Assembly (NCBI RefSeq): GCF_027921745.1
Contig: NC_079238.1
Coordinates: forward strand, 1,736,001-1,800,000
Direction of reading: 5' to 3'
Length of the DNA stretch: 64,000 bases
Source of the DNA: Schizosaccharomyces osmophilus
Taxonomy: Eukaryota
The position numbers and the translations under genes are program-made. Under the pieces are notes generated by a model that had not been told where the DNA came from, ran no database searches, and worked only from the letters and a program-made list of their open reading frames with translations. Every line of letters begins with the position of its first letter. The stretch's first letter is position 1. Shown one piece after another: positions 23,226 to 36,595 of this stretch.

Positions 23226-26200
23226 ATGGAATTTGACTTTTTCTCTTTCGTAGCTCCATCTAGAATACAATCGCTGACCCGCCCATTTGGCAGAATCAAA
23301 CGGCATCGCTTTCATACTTTCCTGGAACTGTTGCGTCGCGTCAGTCATATTCAGTTAAGTGATGTTCCTGTAGGCCGAGCGACGAAGAAATGTATGCGAC
23401 TTTGAATTTATAATTCTTATTACTAACTTTGTAGCAAGCTCTTTCAATCCTTTAGCTTTCCCTTTAGGGCGCATTATTTATAACTTCACCACGACTCTAG
23501 ATGATCAACAATCCTTATTAGAAGAATATGAGTATTTCCGAAGAATTTTTGTCTTCATCGGCGTAGTTGACGGGTCTGAAGAACAGGACTTTTCACATTT
23601 ACAGTCGTCCTTAGATGCTTGGCAGCGTCGTGTTCCTCATGCTTCGGTAGCAAAGTGCCTTATTTTTGACTGTCCTCCAGAATCAGAAGCAATACTTCAA
23701 GATCCCCGATTTTTGCTTGGTCCACGAAGCAATTCGTCGGTAAACTCAATCACGAGATCGATTCTTTGTGACATTACAGCTGAATTATTAGAAGAATTTA
23801 GTTCGTTGGAGTTTTCCCTTCACGCTAGGTCAGTAATCTTATCCCCTATAACAGAAATGCCACATTTAGCTCCCTTACAGCGAACAAATTCTTTCTCCTC
23901 TATGCATAGTCCTCGTTCCTCAACCACTACTCCAATAAGCAGAACGACTTCCATACCTTCTGTTCGCTCTGTCTCTTCTGTAACGGAACGTTCCAAAAGC
24001 CTTTCCAAAGGTCGAATCGAGAATCAGTTAGGGCAACTGTATCTTTTGGCTGGGAGACTTCCTAATGCCTTAAAACACTTTGCTAATGCAATTGCAATCA
24101 CAAAATCTACAAGTGATTATCTTTGGCAAGGATTATCTCTAGAATTGTTTACCGTGTGCTTGATGTTAATGGCTCAATTACATATCGATGTTCAAATTCC
24201 TCATAATATTATTAGCATGTTTCCGTCCTACGTCGATCGTTTCAATGAACATGGGCCTTTGAAGCTAGACTTTTTGTTTAGCTTCATAACCGAAACACGA
24301 AATGCTATTGACCAACTTTATCACAAGTCCACCTTGCAACCTAATGATTCAATTCCCGGACTTTGTTTTTCTGAAAGCATCCTTCGATTCTCCCATCTTT
24401 TGACTATAGTTTACATATGCAACGGTCTTACCGATGTTGCTTTAAATCATATAATTTCTCAGTCTCCTTTACGCTCTTCGAAGTCTTATTCTTCTTACAT
24501 TCCTAGTAAAGCAACTATTTATCTATGGATAATTCGAGCGCGTGGACAGCATTTAAACTCCCTTTCCATCCGCGAAAACTGCCGTATCTATGGTGCTATG
24601 GCAAATATGCTTGGTACAATAGGCTTTCACCGCCAACGATCTAAAATGTTACGTGAAATGCTGTACAACTTAACTCCGGCCATTATTGAATCGAGAAAAC
24701 AAATTGCTTCAAAGAGTAGCACCCATCCTGAGAATGTTACCATGCATACTGCTTCTTCTCTAGATAATATTCAAACTGGTATCGATATCCTTCCTTTGAT
24801 TTTAGAGATCTGCGAAGAATTTAATCTGTTACGGCTAGACGGTACAGTTTTGAACCCTGAAACAACCAAGTGGGGCTGGACATCTCTCCAGTTTGATGTT
24901 TTAAATGAACTTATTTCTTTCTGTGAAGCATTGTCGGATTACCAGACAATACTCAAATTAATTTCTTTGTTTTTTATGATTTCACCATCTTATTCTACTT
25001 CTGCTCAGCAGATTTTTTTATACAAAACTTTCAGAAAGACTTGTTTATTTGCTAGCAATTTAGGCATATCGCTTCAAACCCCCTATTGGGATCCATTTAT
25101 GATTTCGGACATGCAGTATAGCGGGCATCCGGATTTCGAAGAGCCGAAGCTTATTCATTTGAAAGCGCCAAAAACGAATTCCTCTCAGGGTAGAAGCCCT
25201 TTTATTTATAATCCTTTTTTAAAAAAGAGTACCGACATGCAAAAGACTGTACGTGCCAAGGTCACTAATGGAATTCAAACTAACTTTTTTTTTTTTTTTT
25301 TAGAACATCCTAGTAGCAGACGAGCTTGTATTTTTTAACGTCTATTTACGAAATCCTTTTCACTTTTCTGTGGATATTCAAGAAATTAACCTCAATGCTG
25401 AAGGGGTTGAAGTTAAACATTCGACGTGTGTGACTACCTTGCGACCATTAACTACGGAAATGATCAGCTTATCAATAATTCCTTTGAACGCAGGCACGCT
25501 AAACATACGTGGGTGTAATGTTAAAGTACTTGGGTGTGAATCGTCGGTACAATACTTTTATAATAAAGAGAAAGAAAAAGATGCTTTGCATATTTCATTG
25601 GAAAAAATGAAACGCAACTTTGATGAAATGCGTCCCACTGATGTAGCAAAACATGAATGGAACAGTATACCCGAACTTTCTATAGATTTAAAATCTTTGA
25701 ATTTTCAAGTCATTGAGAAACAGCCGAAATTGATAGTTTCCTCAAAAAAATTCTCGATAAACAATCTTAATTTTGCCGAGTATGAAACTGGCGAGCTGAT
25801 GTTTACCGTTGAGAACGTCTCTAATACAAAGGCCACACATGTTCGTATATCCTTCGAGGACAGCGCATCTAAAGTGTACGAACAACTTAAGTCAGACAAA
25901 AATATTACGGCTGATATGTTGTTTGAGCTTCAGCACGAGGAGTACCAAATGCCAACCTTCAGGGTTAAGAATGAGCAACCCTTTGCTCTTGAGCCAGGTG
26001 AAAAAAGAAAAATTCATGTTAACGTTATTGCAAAACCGATATCAGGGGAGGGTACCATTATCTTTGAGAGTAGTTGCCGAAACGATGATGAATCGATTTT
26101 TTATGCCAGACACTTAAAGTTACCTGTTGCTTTGAATCTGAGTAAAAGGATAACTCTCAGTGATTGGTCTGTGCTTCCGGACATGCAGAAGGATCCTAAT

Positions 26201-26968
26201 TATTGTATGCTCTTGCTGAACTTTTATAACCATCATTCTGAGTCTCTGAAAGTCCTTTTAAAGAAAAAGGAAACAGATGTAATAGAAAGCAGATTTGTGA
26301 AGCCTAAGGCTGACCACGTATTCTTTCTACGACTAGCACGCTTCCGTATCTCAGAGGAAGAGTTAAGTAACGACATTCCTAATCTTTCCTTTAAGCAGTT
26401 TGTTCTTTCAAGCGGAATGAAAAAAAGTCTCGAAAACATCACAGCCTTGAAGAGAAGATTTTGGGTAAAACAGTGTCTTTTGGAAGAAATACAGGCTTCC
26501 TGGGAAAGCGATGATCTAAATCGACATGGTCAAGTCTATATGAAGTATCATTCATTAACAGATGACATGACCCGATTACTATTGCTGCCTTCCATTCAAA
26601 TATTACCGTCTTTAAAACAGAATGGACAAACGACTTCTCATGTTTTACCACGTAAGCCGTTTACGCTAGTATTATCGTTTGTCAGCCGTGAAGAAAACTT
26701 ACGTTATAAATTATCCTGGGTGTTACTGAGTCGTAGTTCATTCACTACAATAGATAGACAAAAGGGATTAATTTTGGATGGCCCTAACGAGGCAACATTA
26801 TCAGATTCAGAAAAGACAGGTACTTCCCTTGTTGCCGAAAGAAACTTTTTGGCGCTTACCCCTGGGATTTACCAAATTTATATATCTGCAAAGTCAGAGA
26901 GCGATGATTCCCCTTTTTCTGATTGCGACGTCAATGAACCACTCGTGCTTCATGCCGAAACCAGCTAA
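23226..26968 (+). CDS. trs120: TRAPPII subunit Trs120/TRAPPC9; exons 23226-23391, 23435-25248, 25304-26968
   Basis: Motifs FNPLAFPLGR, KGR....GQLYLLAGR, DYLWQG.SLE, YWDPF, PFIYNPF and LRNPF. Introns keep the frame. Confidence 0.9.
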
Positions 26969-27230
26969 TTATACTTATTATCTTTTGAAAATCCTAATGG
27001 ACCTACTGCTACACTATAATGACATTTATACTTGATGGTTGATGCCCTGTATTCTATTCCTTCCTTGTTCACTACATAATAAAAATCATTTTATAAATTT
27101 AACTAATGAACGTATCGAAGAATACATGTAAAAGAACGACTTTTATTTTTAGTAGGTGTTTGCTGTAGGTGTTGCTTGTAAGTAACGAAATATCAAGTAT
27201 CATTTGGATTACGACCTAACCAGAACCAAT

Positions 27231-28202
27231 ATGTTTAGAAATCAATATGGTATGGAATAAGGTAGAGAAAGCCTTTAATTAACTTTTTTAGATGGAGATG
27301 CGACTACATGGAGCCCTCAAGGAAGACTTCATCAGGTTGAATATGCTCTCGAAGCAATAAAGCAAGGATCAGCAACTGTGGGAATCGTTTCCAATACACA
27401 TGCTGTTCTGGTTGCTTTAAAGGTATTAAATGAAACAATTATGCCATTTTTACTAATCATATATAGAGAAATGCTGAAGAACTTAGCAGCTACCAAAAGA
27501 AATTGATTCGCATTGATGATCACTTAGGCATTGCTATCGCTGGTTTAGCTCCAGATGCACGTGTATTGAGGTATGGTTTGAACAAAATGAACCTGGCTTT
27601 TAAAGTAATATAAGAAAATACCCGCTAACTGACAAACTAGCAATTACATGAAACAGGAAGCAATGTCCTCAAAAACTCTCTTCAGCCGCCCTATTCCAGT
27701 CCGTCGTTTATTGAACCGTGTTGCTGAAAAAGCTCAGTTAAACACTCAACAATATGGTAACAGACCTTACGGTGTAGGCTTTTTAGTTATAGGATATGAT
27801 GAATCTGGCCCTCATTTGCTGGAATTCCAACCTTCTGGCTTGGTATTGGAATATTTGGGTACCGGCTTGGGCTCACGCTCTCAATCCGCTCGTACCTATT
27901 TGGAGCGTAACCTAAGTACCTTTGCTACTGCATCTAGAGAAGAGCTTATTCTATCTGCATTAAGAGCACTTCGCGATACACTTACCAAAGAACAAGAGTT
28001 GACGGAAGACAATGTTTCCATTTCCGTTGTAGGAAAAGGTGAAAAGTATACGCTCTATGACCAAGCAAATACCAAGGAATGGCTTGAAAAATTGGGTGAG
28101 CGAAGTACAGCAGCTGCTCGTGCCACTAGAACAGCTGAAGAACCGTCTGCTCCCACTACGGAAGCCATCCTGGACTCTGCTGATGCTATGGAAACCGAGT
28201 AA
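27231..28202 (+). CDS. pre5: 20S proteasome alpha-6 subunit; exons 27231-27249, 27292-27422, 27467-27570, 27641-28202
   Basis: [34 protein letters not shown] and [12 protein letters not shown]. Confidence 0.95.
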
Positions 28203-28850
28203 ATGACGATTAAATTGTATATGTGTAGAGAGTGAAAGAGCTGTTTGAGCTATGATAAATATCATTCATAAAGTCATATAGAGTTTTGTTACCGTTGAAG
28301 ATGATACCTATGATTCTGAACCTGCCTACCTATGAATATTGACATAATTAAAATATGTCCTTGGATGGGTACACAATATACTTTAAGAGAAACTATGAAT
28401 TCATTTCAATCTTTTCATCTCGACTTTAGTTGAATTGTAAACAGTATCTAAGTATATAAGTTAAATCGTTGTTGGATATTTGAAGGAATAACCAAATTTC
28501 ATTTCGCCTTCATTATTCATAACATTTGCTCTCCAAACTTCTAGTAATCAGTATTATTATTATGTTATGAAATATAATCATAACGAATATTCAGAATAGT
28601 GGGTGACTAATGCCAAGTTTTAGTTTGTACCTGTATCTCTTCGCCAAATACAACGAAGAATTCCTGAACAAGAAAGTTTCGATTTGTTCTCAGACCAACT
28701 CCTCTAAACTCAATTACTCCATTAAAGTATAAAGAAACTGGAATATTTGAGACCGCGTGTTTGAATTGCGAGAGGCGTTGGCTTTATACTTATCTTTTGG
28801 TTTGGTGAAAGGAACGAAGATTGTTTCGTGTTTAAGAAAGTTTATTCACA

Positions 28851-30113
28851 ATGTCTGAAGCTAAAGTCGCTAGTGCGAATACTGCACCTGCTTCTTCCAT
28901 GCCACATACGCTAAGAATGTCATGGAGACAGTGGCGCACAGAGAGCAGCTCGGCATATGCTAAAAGATGCGAGTTAGAGGTGTTAGATAGTGTTGATTTT
29001 ATCCGTGAAAATGAAAAAGACCCAAATAGGTTGGTTGAGATATATGATTTTCCTCTTCATGAGAATGAGGGCTTGATTCATGAACTCTGTGTCAGTGACA
29101 AGAAAACAGGAAAAGAAAATAAGAAGAATGTGGTTTATTTGCACGGATATGGAGCTGGACTTGGATTTTTTTTTCAAAACATCGATGAGTTAACGAAAGA
29201 AACAACAAAAACGCACAACAGTTACTTTATCGATTGGCTGGGTATGGGTAACTCCTCTCGTCCACCATTTAAGCTTAAGGGAGCGAACGCGTCTGAGCGA
29301 GTGCACGAAGCCGAAAGTTTCTTTGTGGAATCGTTGGAATGCTGGCGTGAGAAACATAAAATCGAGAGCATGTCTCTTGTAGGCCATAGTCTTGGAGGAT
29401 ATCTAAGCACAGTTTATGCAATGCGCTATCCTGATCGAATTGAAAAACTGATTTTGGTAAGCCCAGTTGGTGTTCCAGAGTGTCCGTACGCGACTTATGA
29501 CGACGCTGAAGAATATCCAAGCGTTACCGCCTCTGCACTTCATGCTATGACGGATGATACACCAAATACGAATGTAACAAACGAATTATTACAATCGCAA
29601 GACGAGACATCTGGAAAAGCCTCCCCTGGTTCTGTCAAGCCGAGGAATCCTCTTCCGAGATGGGCTACCTTTTTATGGGAGCAAAACATAACACCTTTCG
29701 CTCTCTTAAGATACAGTGGACCTCTGGGACCCAAGCTAACTAGCCTTTGGACTTCCAGACGCTTTTCGACTTTACCAGAGAATATAGCTCAAGCACTACA
29801 TTCTTATTGCTATTCCATTTTTCGTTTGAAAGGCTCTAGTGAATACGCTCTTGGAAGTTTACTAGCACCTGGTGCTTTTGCGAGAAAGAGCATTCATAAT
29901 CGATTGCATAGAGTTAAATGCCGAACCATTTTTATGTATGGCGATAAAGATTGGATGGACGATATAGCTGGTTTAAAAGCAGTCGAGACTTTATTGCAAC
30001 AAAACGTTGAAGCTGAACATCATTATATATTAAACGCTGGCCATCACTGTTATTTAGATAATCCAAAAGACTTTAATTCGTTGGTTTTGAAAGAGATTCT
30101 TGAAAGAAAGTGA
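28851..30113 (+). CDS. cld1: Alpha/beta hydrolase, cardiolipin deacylase Cld1 (ABHD4/5 family)
   Basis: Motifs [23 protein letters not shown] and AGHHCYLDN (HX4D). Confidence 0.85.
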   Translation: MSEAKVASANTAPASSMPHTLRMSWRQWRTESSSAYAKRCELEVLDSVDFIRENEKDPNRLVEIYDFPLHENEGLIHELCVSDKKTGKENKKNVVYLHGYGAGLGFFFQNIDELTKETTKTHNSYFIDWLGMGNSSRPPFKLKGANASERVHEAESFFVESLECWREKHKIESMSLVGHSLGGYLSTVYAMRYPDRIEKLILVSPVGVPECPYATYDDAEEYPSVTASALHAMTDDTPNTNVTNELLQSQDETSGKASPGSVKPRNPLPRWATFLWEQNITPFALLRYSGPLGPKLTSLWTSRRFSTLPENIAQALHSYCYSIFRLKGSSEYALGSLLAPGAFARKSIHNRLHRVKCRTIFMYGDKDWMDDIAGLKAVETLLQQNVEAEHHYILNAGHHCYLDNPKDFNSLVLKEILERK

Positions 30114-30840
30114 AGCACCCTTTATTTTTAATTAGTATACCAGGTTTTGCCTCACACGTTTTTATCTTTGCGTGTTATTTATTGCTTACGATTCTATACG
30201 ATTTTGTGCTTATTTCGTTTGTTGTTATTTACATTTACTTTACAAGTCCTAATGATAGCTTTTTCCAAATCGAACTTTGTGTGGTATAATCCTTGATACT
30301 GAGAATACCTGTGAATATCTGAGATTATAGGTAGCTTTCAACCTGGAATTTCTTCTATTTATATAAGTACGATTTGTCTTGTTATTAGTGCTTTAATTTA
30401 AAAAATACTCACACATTGAAACCTTTAAATTCTTGGCTTGAGTTAACCCGTACTTGAAATCCTAAAACATGGTTCTGTTTTGAATTAAAATAAGAAAAAC
30501 TTTATGAAGTTTTTCTTATGGCTATGGAAAACAGACAAATGATTTCCTAATTACTTGAATTTGAGGAGGTTGGTAGTGTAAACTACAGCAGAGGTCTGCC
30601 ATGAACACTCCAAAAGCAAATCGTTTCTGCAATGCTGCAAAGACTATATTTTTAGAGGATCAGTAATTGTTGTTTATTTCTTATATTGTTCTTTTGTTTA
30701 ATTTTTGGTATTTTTGGACCATTATATAGAGTTTAAAATATTTGGTAATCGGTTTTACACGAAGTAAAAAAAAAAAAAAACCCAACGCCGGAGTTGAGTT
30801 TTGGAACTTTTGTTTTTGTTTTATTTATATTTTAATTTTC

Positions 30841-33800
30841 ATGAGCTTGGATTCTGATATAGACGCGAAATCGTCCACTCCTTCTCTATACAGCCAGTCA
30901 TGGAGTGTTCCTAAGGTCTTCGAGGAGGAAGCTGGAAACGATAGAAGTACCAGTTTTACAAATGGTGATTGTGATTTTTCTTGTGCGCCAGACTTAATAA
31001 ACGAAAGATATTTGTACTTTTACTGCAGTCATGGAAAAATACCTTCAAAAACATTTGTATCATTGGATCTTGAAACTTACAAAGCAAGATTTATAGAGCT
31101 TGATGTAGATCTTGAATGGTCAAAATACAGTCCATCACTCGTCTGTTATAAAAACAATCTTGTTTTATTTGGTAAACGAAAAACAGACGATGAGGAGAGG
31201 AATCATCAAAATGATTTTCTGCTAAATATTGTCGGGGGAAATTTTCAAAACTGTGACATTATGAAAATTGACGACTTTTCGTTTTCTTCACGACACGGTT
31301 ACTCTTTGGATACACTAGATACTAATATTTTTTTATTCGGTGGAATTGTAAACGAAGAGTATTCAAATGACATACTTGTTATGAATCTTCAAGGGCTCCC
31401 TATTTCTCCAAAAAGTTACTTCACGGATAAAGAAAATGCCCTTAGGTGGTCCGAATTACCTCTTCAATCATCTTCACCGCCTGGCCGCTGCAACCACGCT
31501 ACAACGATGATAGGAAATAAACTAATCGTCCACGGAGGAAAAAACAAGACAGGGCTTTTAGGAGATCTATGGCTTTTGGATTTAGATACCATGAGTTGGA
31601 CTGAAATCCGACCTGTAGGCGGGTTTCCATGCCCAAGAGAAGGCCATAAATTCGTTCCTTTAGGAAACAAATTCTATATGTATGGTGGGTTTGATGAAAA
31701 TCAAGTCATACGTAATGAATTATGGTGTTTTAATTTAGATAAGCAATGCTGGTTGCGAACTAAGGGCCCTTCCATTGCTGAAGGTAATGCGAGATTTCTT
31801 ACCATGAATAGTTGTAATGACCGTCTCTTCCTAACATTCTTCCGCAAGATGCTTAATTCATATCACTTTCATTGTTATGAGTGCGATCCAACTCGCCTTT
31901 CTTGGAATAATATGGATGCTTATGGGTTACCTGTCTTTAATCATGTTAGAATGAACTCCTCCAATACATTTAATTATACGATTCCACTTGGAAAAATCAA
32001 CACGAGTCATACAAAGAATCGCTCAAATGCATCGTTCAACTTCTACGATTACATGGAACCATCCCATAAAACGGTAAAGTCACTGGGACATAGACACTAC
32101 GGGAGCTTGGATGAACAGGGACTGGAATATTTGAAAGGAAAGAAAAGGAACTCTTTACATCATCGTCGAAATTCCGATAATCTTTCCCTTCGTGAATTTG
32201 GCCAAAGTAGTCCATTTGCATATGATGTTGATAAAACAATTACTTCTCTTCCTATTGCGTATGATGAAGAAGAAGATAATATGGATAATCAATCGTTCTT
32301 AAGTGTACCAGACTATGTTTCTAATCGTTCTACAGATTTGCAAACCTTTAACTTCAGTAGTACGGACGATCGAATCGCATGGTTAGAAGAACAGCTACTT
32401 TTTTGTATGACCCAGGGTTACGCGCTCAAACCCCCTGGACATTTAAGAGAAAAGTATTCAAAAGGGATTCATATCCATTCTCAACCGTTGAAAATGCTTG
32501 AATCTTTACATGTTATGGAAGAGGAATTAAGCAAGACAGAATTCGAGTTTAACCGAAATGCTTGCAATATGATTAGTGAAAATGCTCAGTTGTTGGCGGA
32601 AAAGGATGCTGCGCAAAGCTCTGTTGAGTTTCATATAAAACTTCTCCAAGAAAGTAATATAAATAGCCTCACTCGAATGCTGAGCGAACGAGTGCATACG
32701 CTAGAGATTGATGTGCAGCATTCTTTAGCTGAGGCGACATTTTACTACCAAGGATACAATGAACTAAAACAGAAAGTCGAGGAATTGCAGTGTATGAATA
32801 GTATTATGAGGAATCATCAAGCAGAGCTTAATGAAAATTACGAAAAACTTCATTCTGTTTTTGAAGAAGATGATATTAGAGTTGGATTGCTACAGACAGA
32901 AAACAATCTACTCAAACTAGATGTCAGCAGGCTCTCCCAGGACTCGTTAGATTGTCAATCAAAATGTCAAACTTTGGAGTACGATAATTACGAATTGGAA
33001 ACAAAGTTGATCGAGTTATGCGACCGAATGGAAATGCAAACAAACGTAGTTGAAGCGTCTGCAAGTGCTCTAGACGTTTCGAATACCGCTATTCTATCTT
33101 TTGAAGATTCCCTTCGTAGAGAAAAGGAAGAGAACAAGCTTTTACAAGAAAACTGCTTAAGCTTGACTTATAAAAATTCTCGCTTGAATGCAGAAGTAGA
33201 ACGACTTCAGCTTGAAAATAAGGAGAATCAAAAAGTGACAGATCAGGTTCGTTCAGATGGAACATATTTGAAATCAATTATACAAAATGGATTGTCAAAG
33301 TTGCTTTCCTCGGATGGCGAAACAAAGAAAATACTTCAGGATTCCCCGAGAGCTAGCCAAAAAATTACACATCTTGAATCGCGACTAGTTGATATACAGC
33401 AGTCGTTTGGAAAGCAGCAGAGTAACTTTGAAAATACAATACAAGAACTGGTTTTTTCGCAAAGAAAATGTACTGAAATGAAACATGCCTATTCATCAGC
33501 GGTCGCCGAAAAAGGTCACCTGCTCAGTCAGATGGGTGACTTCACAGACGCAAGTAAAGCCAAGGAATCGGAATCTCAGAGAGCATTATCTGGATCAAAG
33601 CTAAGTCAAATTAATAATCACCCAGCGTCTTCGAAAGTTAATTCTTTTGATCGACTTCTGCACCAGCGCCATTCCAGTTCAAATGAAAATCCTGAAGAGA
33701 AAATCAATGCACTTTCAGTCAATGATGAGGCTAATGTGGACGATTCTATGTTTAAAAAATATCAGAGAAGCTATAATAATTTAATTTCTGCAGAACCGTT

Positions 33801-34077
33801 GACCATGTCTCGTCAGCAAAAGACGCTTCATCGTTTGAATTTGGGATTAGAAGACCAAAAGAAGCAGCTTATCGATACTCCAAATGCCTTTTCAAATGGT
33901 TTCAACCAGACCGTCGTCAATGGCAACCAAGGGAGAAACGTTAACCAACTGCAATCCACGACTGGTGATTATTATGCTAATAGGATTAAACAACTAGAGG
34001 ACGATTATCAGCAGGCATTAACATTTGCAAATTGCTCTGATGAATCGTTCCAACAGTTGAATTATAATTTCATATAG
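30841..34077 (+). CDS. tea3: Kelch-repeat/coiled-coil cell-end marker Tea3
   Basis: Kelch repeats (FLFGG, PPGRCNH..IVHGG, PCPREGH..MYGG) followed by a long coiled coil; synteny; first ATG at 30841. Confidence 0.85.
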   Translation: MSLDSDIDAKSSTPSLYSQSWSVPKVFEEEAGNDRSTSFTNGDCDFSCAPDLINERYLYFYCSHGKIPSKTFVSLDLETYKARFIELDVDLEWSKYSPSLVCYKNNLVLFGKRKTDDEERNHQNDFLLNIVGGNFQNCDIMKIDDFSFSSRHGYSLDTLDTNIFLFGGIVNEEYSNDILVMNLQGLPISPKSYFTDKENALRWSELPLQSSSPPGRCNHATTMIGNKLIVHGGKNKTGLLGDLWLLDLDTMSWTEIRPVGGFPCPREGHKFVPLGNKFYMYGGFDENQVIRNELWCFNLDKQCWLRTKGPSIAEGNARFLTMNSCNDRLFLTFFRKMLNSYHFHCYECDPTRLSWNNMDAYGLPVFNHVRMNSSNTFNYTIPLGKINTSHTKNRSNASFNFYDYMEPSHKTVKSLGHRHYGSLDEQGLEYLKGKKRNSLHHRRNSDNLSLREFGQSSPFAYDVDKTITSLPIAYDEEEDNMDNQSFLSVPDYVSNRSTDLQTFNFSSTDDRIAWLEEQLLFCMTQGYALKPPGHLREKYSKGIHIHSQPLKMLESLHVMEEELSKTEFEFNRNACNMISENAQLLAEKDAAQSSVEFHIKLLQESNINSLTRMLSERVHTLEIDVQHSLAEATFYYQGYNELKQKVEELQCMNSIMRNHQAELNENYEKLHSVFEEDDIRVGLLQTENNLLKLDVSRLSQDSLDCQSKCQTLEYDNYELETKLIELCDRMEMQTNVVEASASALDVSNTAILSFEDSLRREKEENKLLQENCLSLTYKNSRLNAEVERLQLENKENQKVTDQVRSDGTYLKSIIQNGLSKLLSSDGETKKILQDSPRASQKITHLESRLVDIQQSFGKQQSNFENTIQELVFSQRKCTEMKHAYSSAVAEKGHLLSQMGDFTDASKAKESESQRALSGSKLSQINNHPASSKVNSFDRLLHQRHSSSNENPEEKINALSVNDEANVDDSMFKKYQRSYNNLISAEPLTMSRQQKTLHRLNLGLEDQKKQLIDTPNAFSNGFNQTVVNGNQGRNVNQLQSTTGDYYANRIKQLEDDYQQALTFANCSDESFQQLNYNFI

Positions 34078-34258
34078 ACAGATTACTTTCTTTGTTAGTT
34101 TAAATAGTATGGGTAAAAGGGTTATTTCCAACGTAGCAAATTTATAAAAAAAAGGGGAGTATCAAAGTATTCTATAGGAGCTATATCTACCTTCATATTA
34201 TTAATCAGATTATGAATTTAAAGGTACGGTGAATAATGCAAAATTAAAATCTAGGACA

Positions 34259-36595
34259 TCATTGAAGCGAAGGATCAGTATTAGGAGGAGGATTTGACTC
34301 GTTAGAAGGATGCATCAGCTCTGCCCAGCTTAAAAAAGGCGGAGCCGGCCATTGCCTGTCTATGTCTATGTTTAAGTCGAGATCATCAGCAGACGGAAAA
34401 GTGTTACGGAGAAGCAACGTGGATGGGTCAGCCAAAAACTCAGTGTTCGAAACAGACGATGAAAGATGATCTGATTGGGGGAGGTCTCCGTTTCTACGAT
34501 CAACTAAAGTACTTTCATCAATTGAAATAGGATCTGAAACGGAAGCTCTTTGCTGTTGCAAATAATCATTTTGAGACATATCTCCAACCCAAGACTGCCA
34601 CTTTCGAAAGCTAAATTGAAAGTCACTCGATTCAGGAACAAAAGAAAAAGCCTTCTTATTTGCGAGTTGTTCTGAAAGTTCTTTCAAGGTTTGCAAGTTT
34701 AACCGAGTAGTTTCATTTCGTTGAGATAGAAATTCCATAACTTCCCACAATTTGGATATGGCATCGTCAATTTCTAGAGAAGGCTCATAGTGAGAGCATA
34801 CTAGCAAGATAATTCCGCTGCATATAGGGAGATATGCATCAAAAAACGAATAACTAGACAGACGCTTGTTTTGGAACAACTGATGGGCGATAATAACAAT
34901 ACGACAAGAGCTGTCGACACACATATTTGCGTACTGAAGATTTTCTGGGCTAAGAATTTTTCCCTTATATTTGAATAGCAATACAAATCGGGTAGCAAGA
35001 ATAACCGCATTGTCGTAAATCATTTGTAATTGAGCGTTTAACCGGAAATGAGGATGTTGTGGCGAAGACTCATCGCATAGAAGAGAATGGTGCAAATTCC
35101 GTTTCCAAAGCTCAAGACGAGCACATAGTCTTCGAACATGAGATAGCTGCGTATTAAAATCGGATGGAACTTTCGAGTACAGACAATCACACACTTCACT
35201 CGTGATTTTAGTCAGCTCTATAACTGCGCACATATTAGTAACCATTGAAGGAATACCAGGTACTTCTAAATCAAGCAAAACGCTCGGGTAAGGGGTGGTC
35301 ACATTATCTAAAGTGATACTAAACGGTCGACCTGTCGCAATGCTAATGAACCGATCAACACAAAACACTGACCACCAAAGACGATTTCGAAGTTCTCTAG
35401 AGCTTTGACTAAGGGTAAAGTCCTCACAGTTTTTATGTAATCCTAAGGAGATAGCCGTCTTAACTGCCAAACCAAAGTAAGAATAACTAGCTTTTTGATA
35501 TACTGTAGGTTGAAGATAAAGAGCAATTAAAATAGCAGATTGAACTGTGTTTGTGTTACCTTGAAGCAAAACCATTGGGAAAATGCTAACTGCGGCGGAG
35601 AAGAGCCGATTCCCTATTACGCAAGCTTGAGGACTTGCTGCTACGGGGTCAGTTTGGTGTTCAATCATATATTGGTTTCCAAAAGCGAGTACCATCAATA
35701 GTATACAAAGGAATCCAGGATCAGTTTGGTTTTTTATCGAAAGAAAAATTTCCAGACGAATTTTGAAAAATGATGCATGGTAAAAGAACAAATTGGTTTG
35801 AATGTTCGTAAAAAACGTATTCACTAGAAATTCCGTTACAGTGAGAGAAGGGATAAGGTCACGAGCATGAGAGAGTAAATACTCGTCTAATTCTGAATTA
35901 AAGAAAAATGAGGTAGGTTGGTTTTGTAAAAGAGAATTTTTAGTGGAGAAATCGTTTAGACTAGTATCATTTTGAATCTTTTTTAAGAATTGGTCCACTG
36001 AGGTAGGCCCAAGATACATCGTATCCTCCATTTTTCCTATTAGCAATGACTCATCAAGAGTGACAGCCGGTTCGTTTTGAAGCAAATCATGAGAAAAACT
36101 AGGACCTTTGCTATTCGGAGCAGAAGCACCGTCATCGTCATCGTTGCTTATATGGTTTTTCTTTAGCTCGTTGTTGATACTAACAATAGGATCCAGATCA
36201 TTAAGGATAGTAGAGAGCTGATCAGAAGTTAAACTTTCATGCTCAGATAGTTTCTTAGAGACCGCAACCAGATTTTTTGTGTCCAAATTAAATTCTGGGC
36301 AAATCCTAGAAAAAATGTACTCAAAGCACAACTGACGTTCAGATAATTCATTCAAATACTCCCTAGATGGGAGCTTACTTTGATTTTTCTGCGTGTAGAC
36401 ACAGTCCACTCCAAGCAAGCTACAATTCTCACAAGGATCGTTTCCGTCACATTTAATCTTCTTTTCTCTACAATGTTTACAAGCGCGAAAGACTCTTCTT
36501 CGTTGTTCGGGCGGGACGCGTCGCTTTTTCTTTTTCTCTAATGCCTTGACGTCTGCGTATAATTGAGTTTTTATAAATCCCAAATTTTCATTCAT
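34259..36595 (-). CDS. thi1: Zn2Cys6 transcription factor Thi1/Ntf1 (thiamine regulation)
   Basis: KKRRVPPEQRRRVFRACKHCREKKIKC...C..C......C plus a fungal TF middle region (RNRLWWSVFCVDR). Confidence 0.9.
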   Translation of the reverse strand: MNENLGFIKTQLYADVKALEKKKKRRVPPEQRRRVFRACKHCREKKIKCDGNDPCENCSLLGVDCVYTQKNQSKLPSREYLNELSERQLCFEYIFSRICPEFNLDTKNLVAVSKKLSEHESLTSDQLSTILNDLDPIVSINNELKKNHISNDDDDGASAPNSKGPSFSHDLLQNEPAVTLDESLLIGKMEDTMYLGPTSVDQFLKKIQNDTSLNDFSTKNSLLQNQPTSFFFNSELDEYLLSHARDLIPSLTVTEFLVNTFFTNIQTNLFFYHASFFKIRLEIFLSIKNQTDPGFLCILLMVLAFGNQYMIEHQTDPVAASPQACVIGNRLFSAAVSIFPMVLLQGNTNTVQSAILIALYLQPTVYQKASYSYFGLAVKTAISLGLHKNCEDFTLSQSSRELRNRLWWSVFCVDRFISIATGRPFSITLDNVTTPYPSVLLDLEVPGIPSMVTNMCAVIELTKITSEVCDCLYSKVPSDFNTQLSHVRRLCARLELWKRNLHHSLLCDESSPQHPHFRLNAQLQMIYDNAVILATRFVLLFKYKGKILSPENLQYANMCVDSSCRIVIIAHQLFQNKRLSSYSFFDAYLPICSGIILLVCSHYEPSLEIDDAISKLWEVMEFLSQRNETTRLNLQTLKELSEQLANKKAFSFVPESSDFQFSFRKWQSWVGDMSQNDYLQQQRASVSDPISIDESTLVDRRNGDLPQSDHLSSSVSNTEFLADPSTLLLRNTFPSADDLDLNIDIDRQWPAPPFLSWAELMHPSNESNPPPNTDPSLQ

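Noticed and set aside
30742..30840. N-terminal extensions from TTG/GTG starts in the ORF track (tea3, spo7, urg3, fur4, MFS permease, MMTAG2)
   Set aside because: Eukaryotic locus; the first in-frame ATG gives the expected N-termini.
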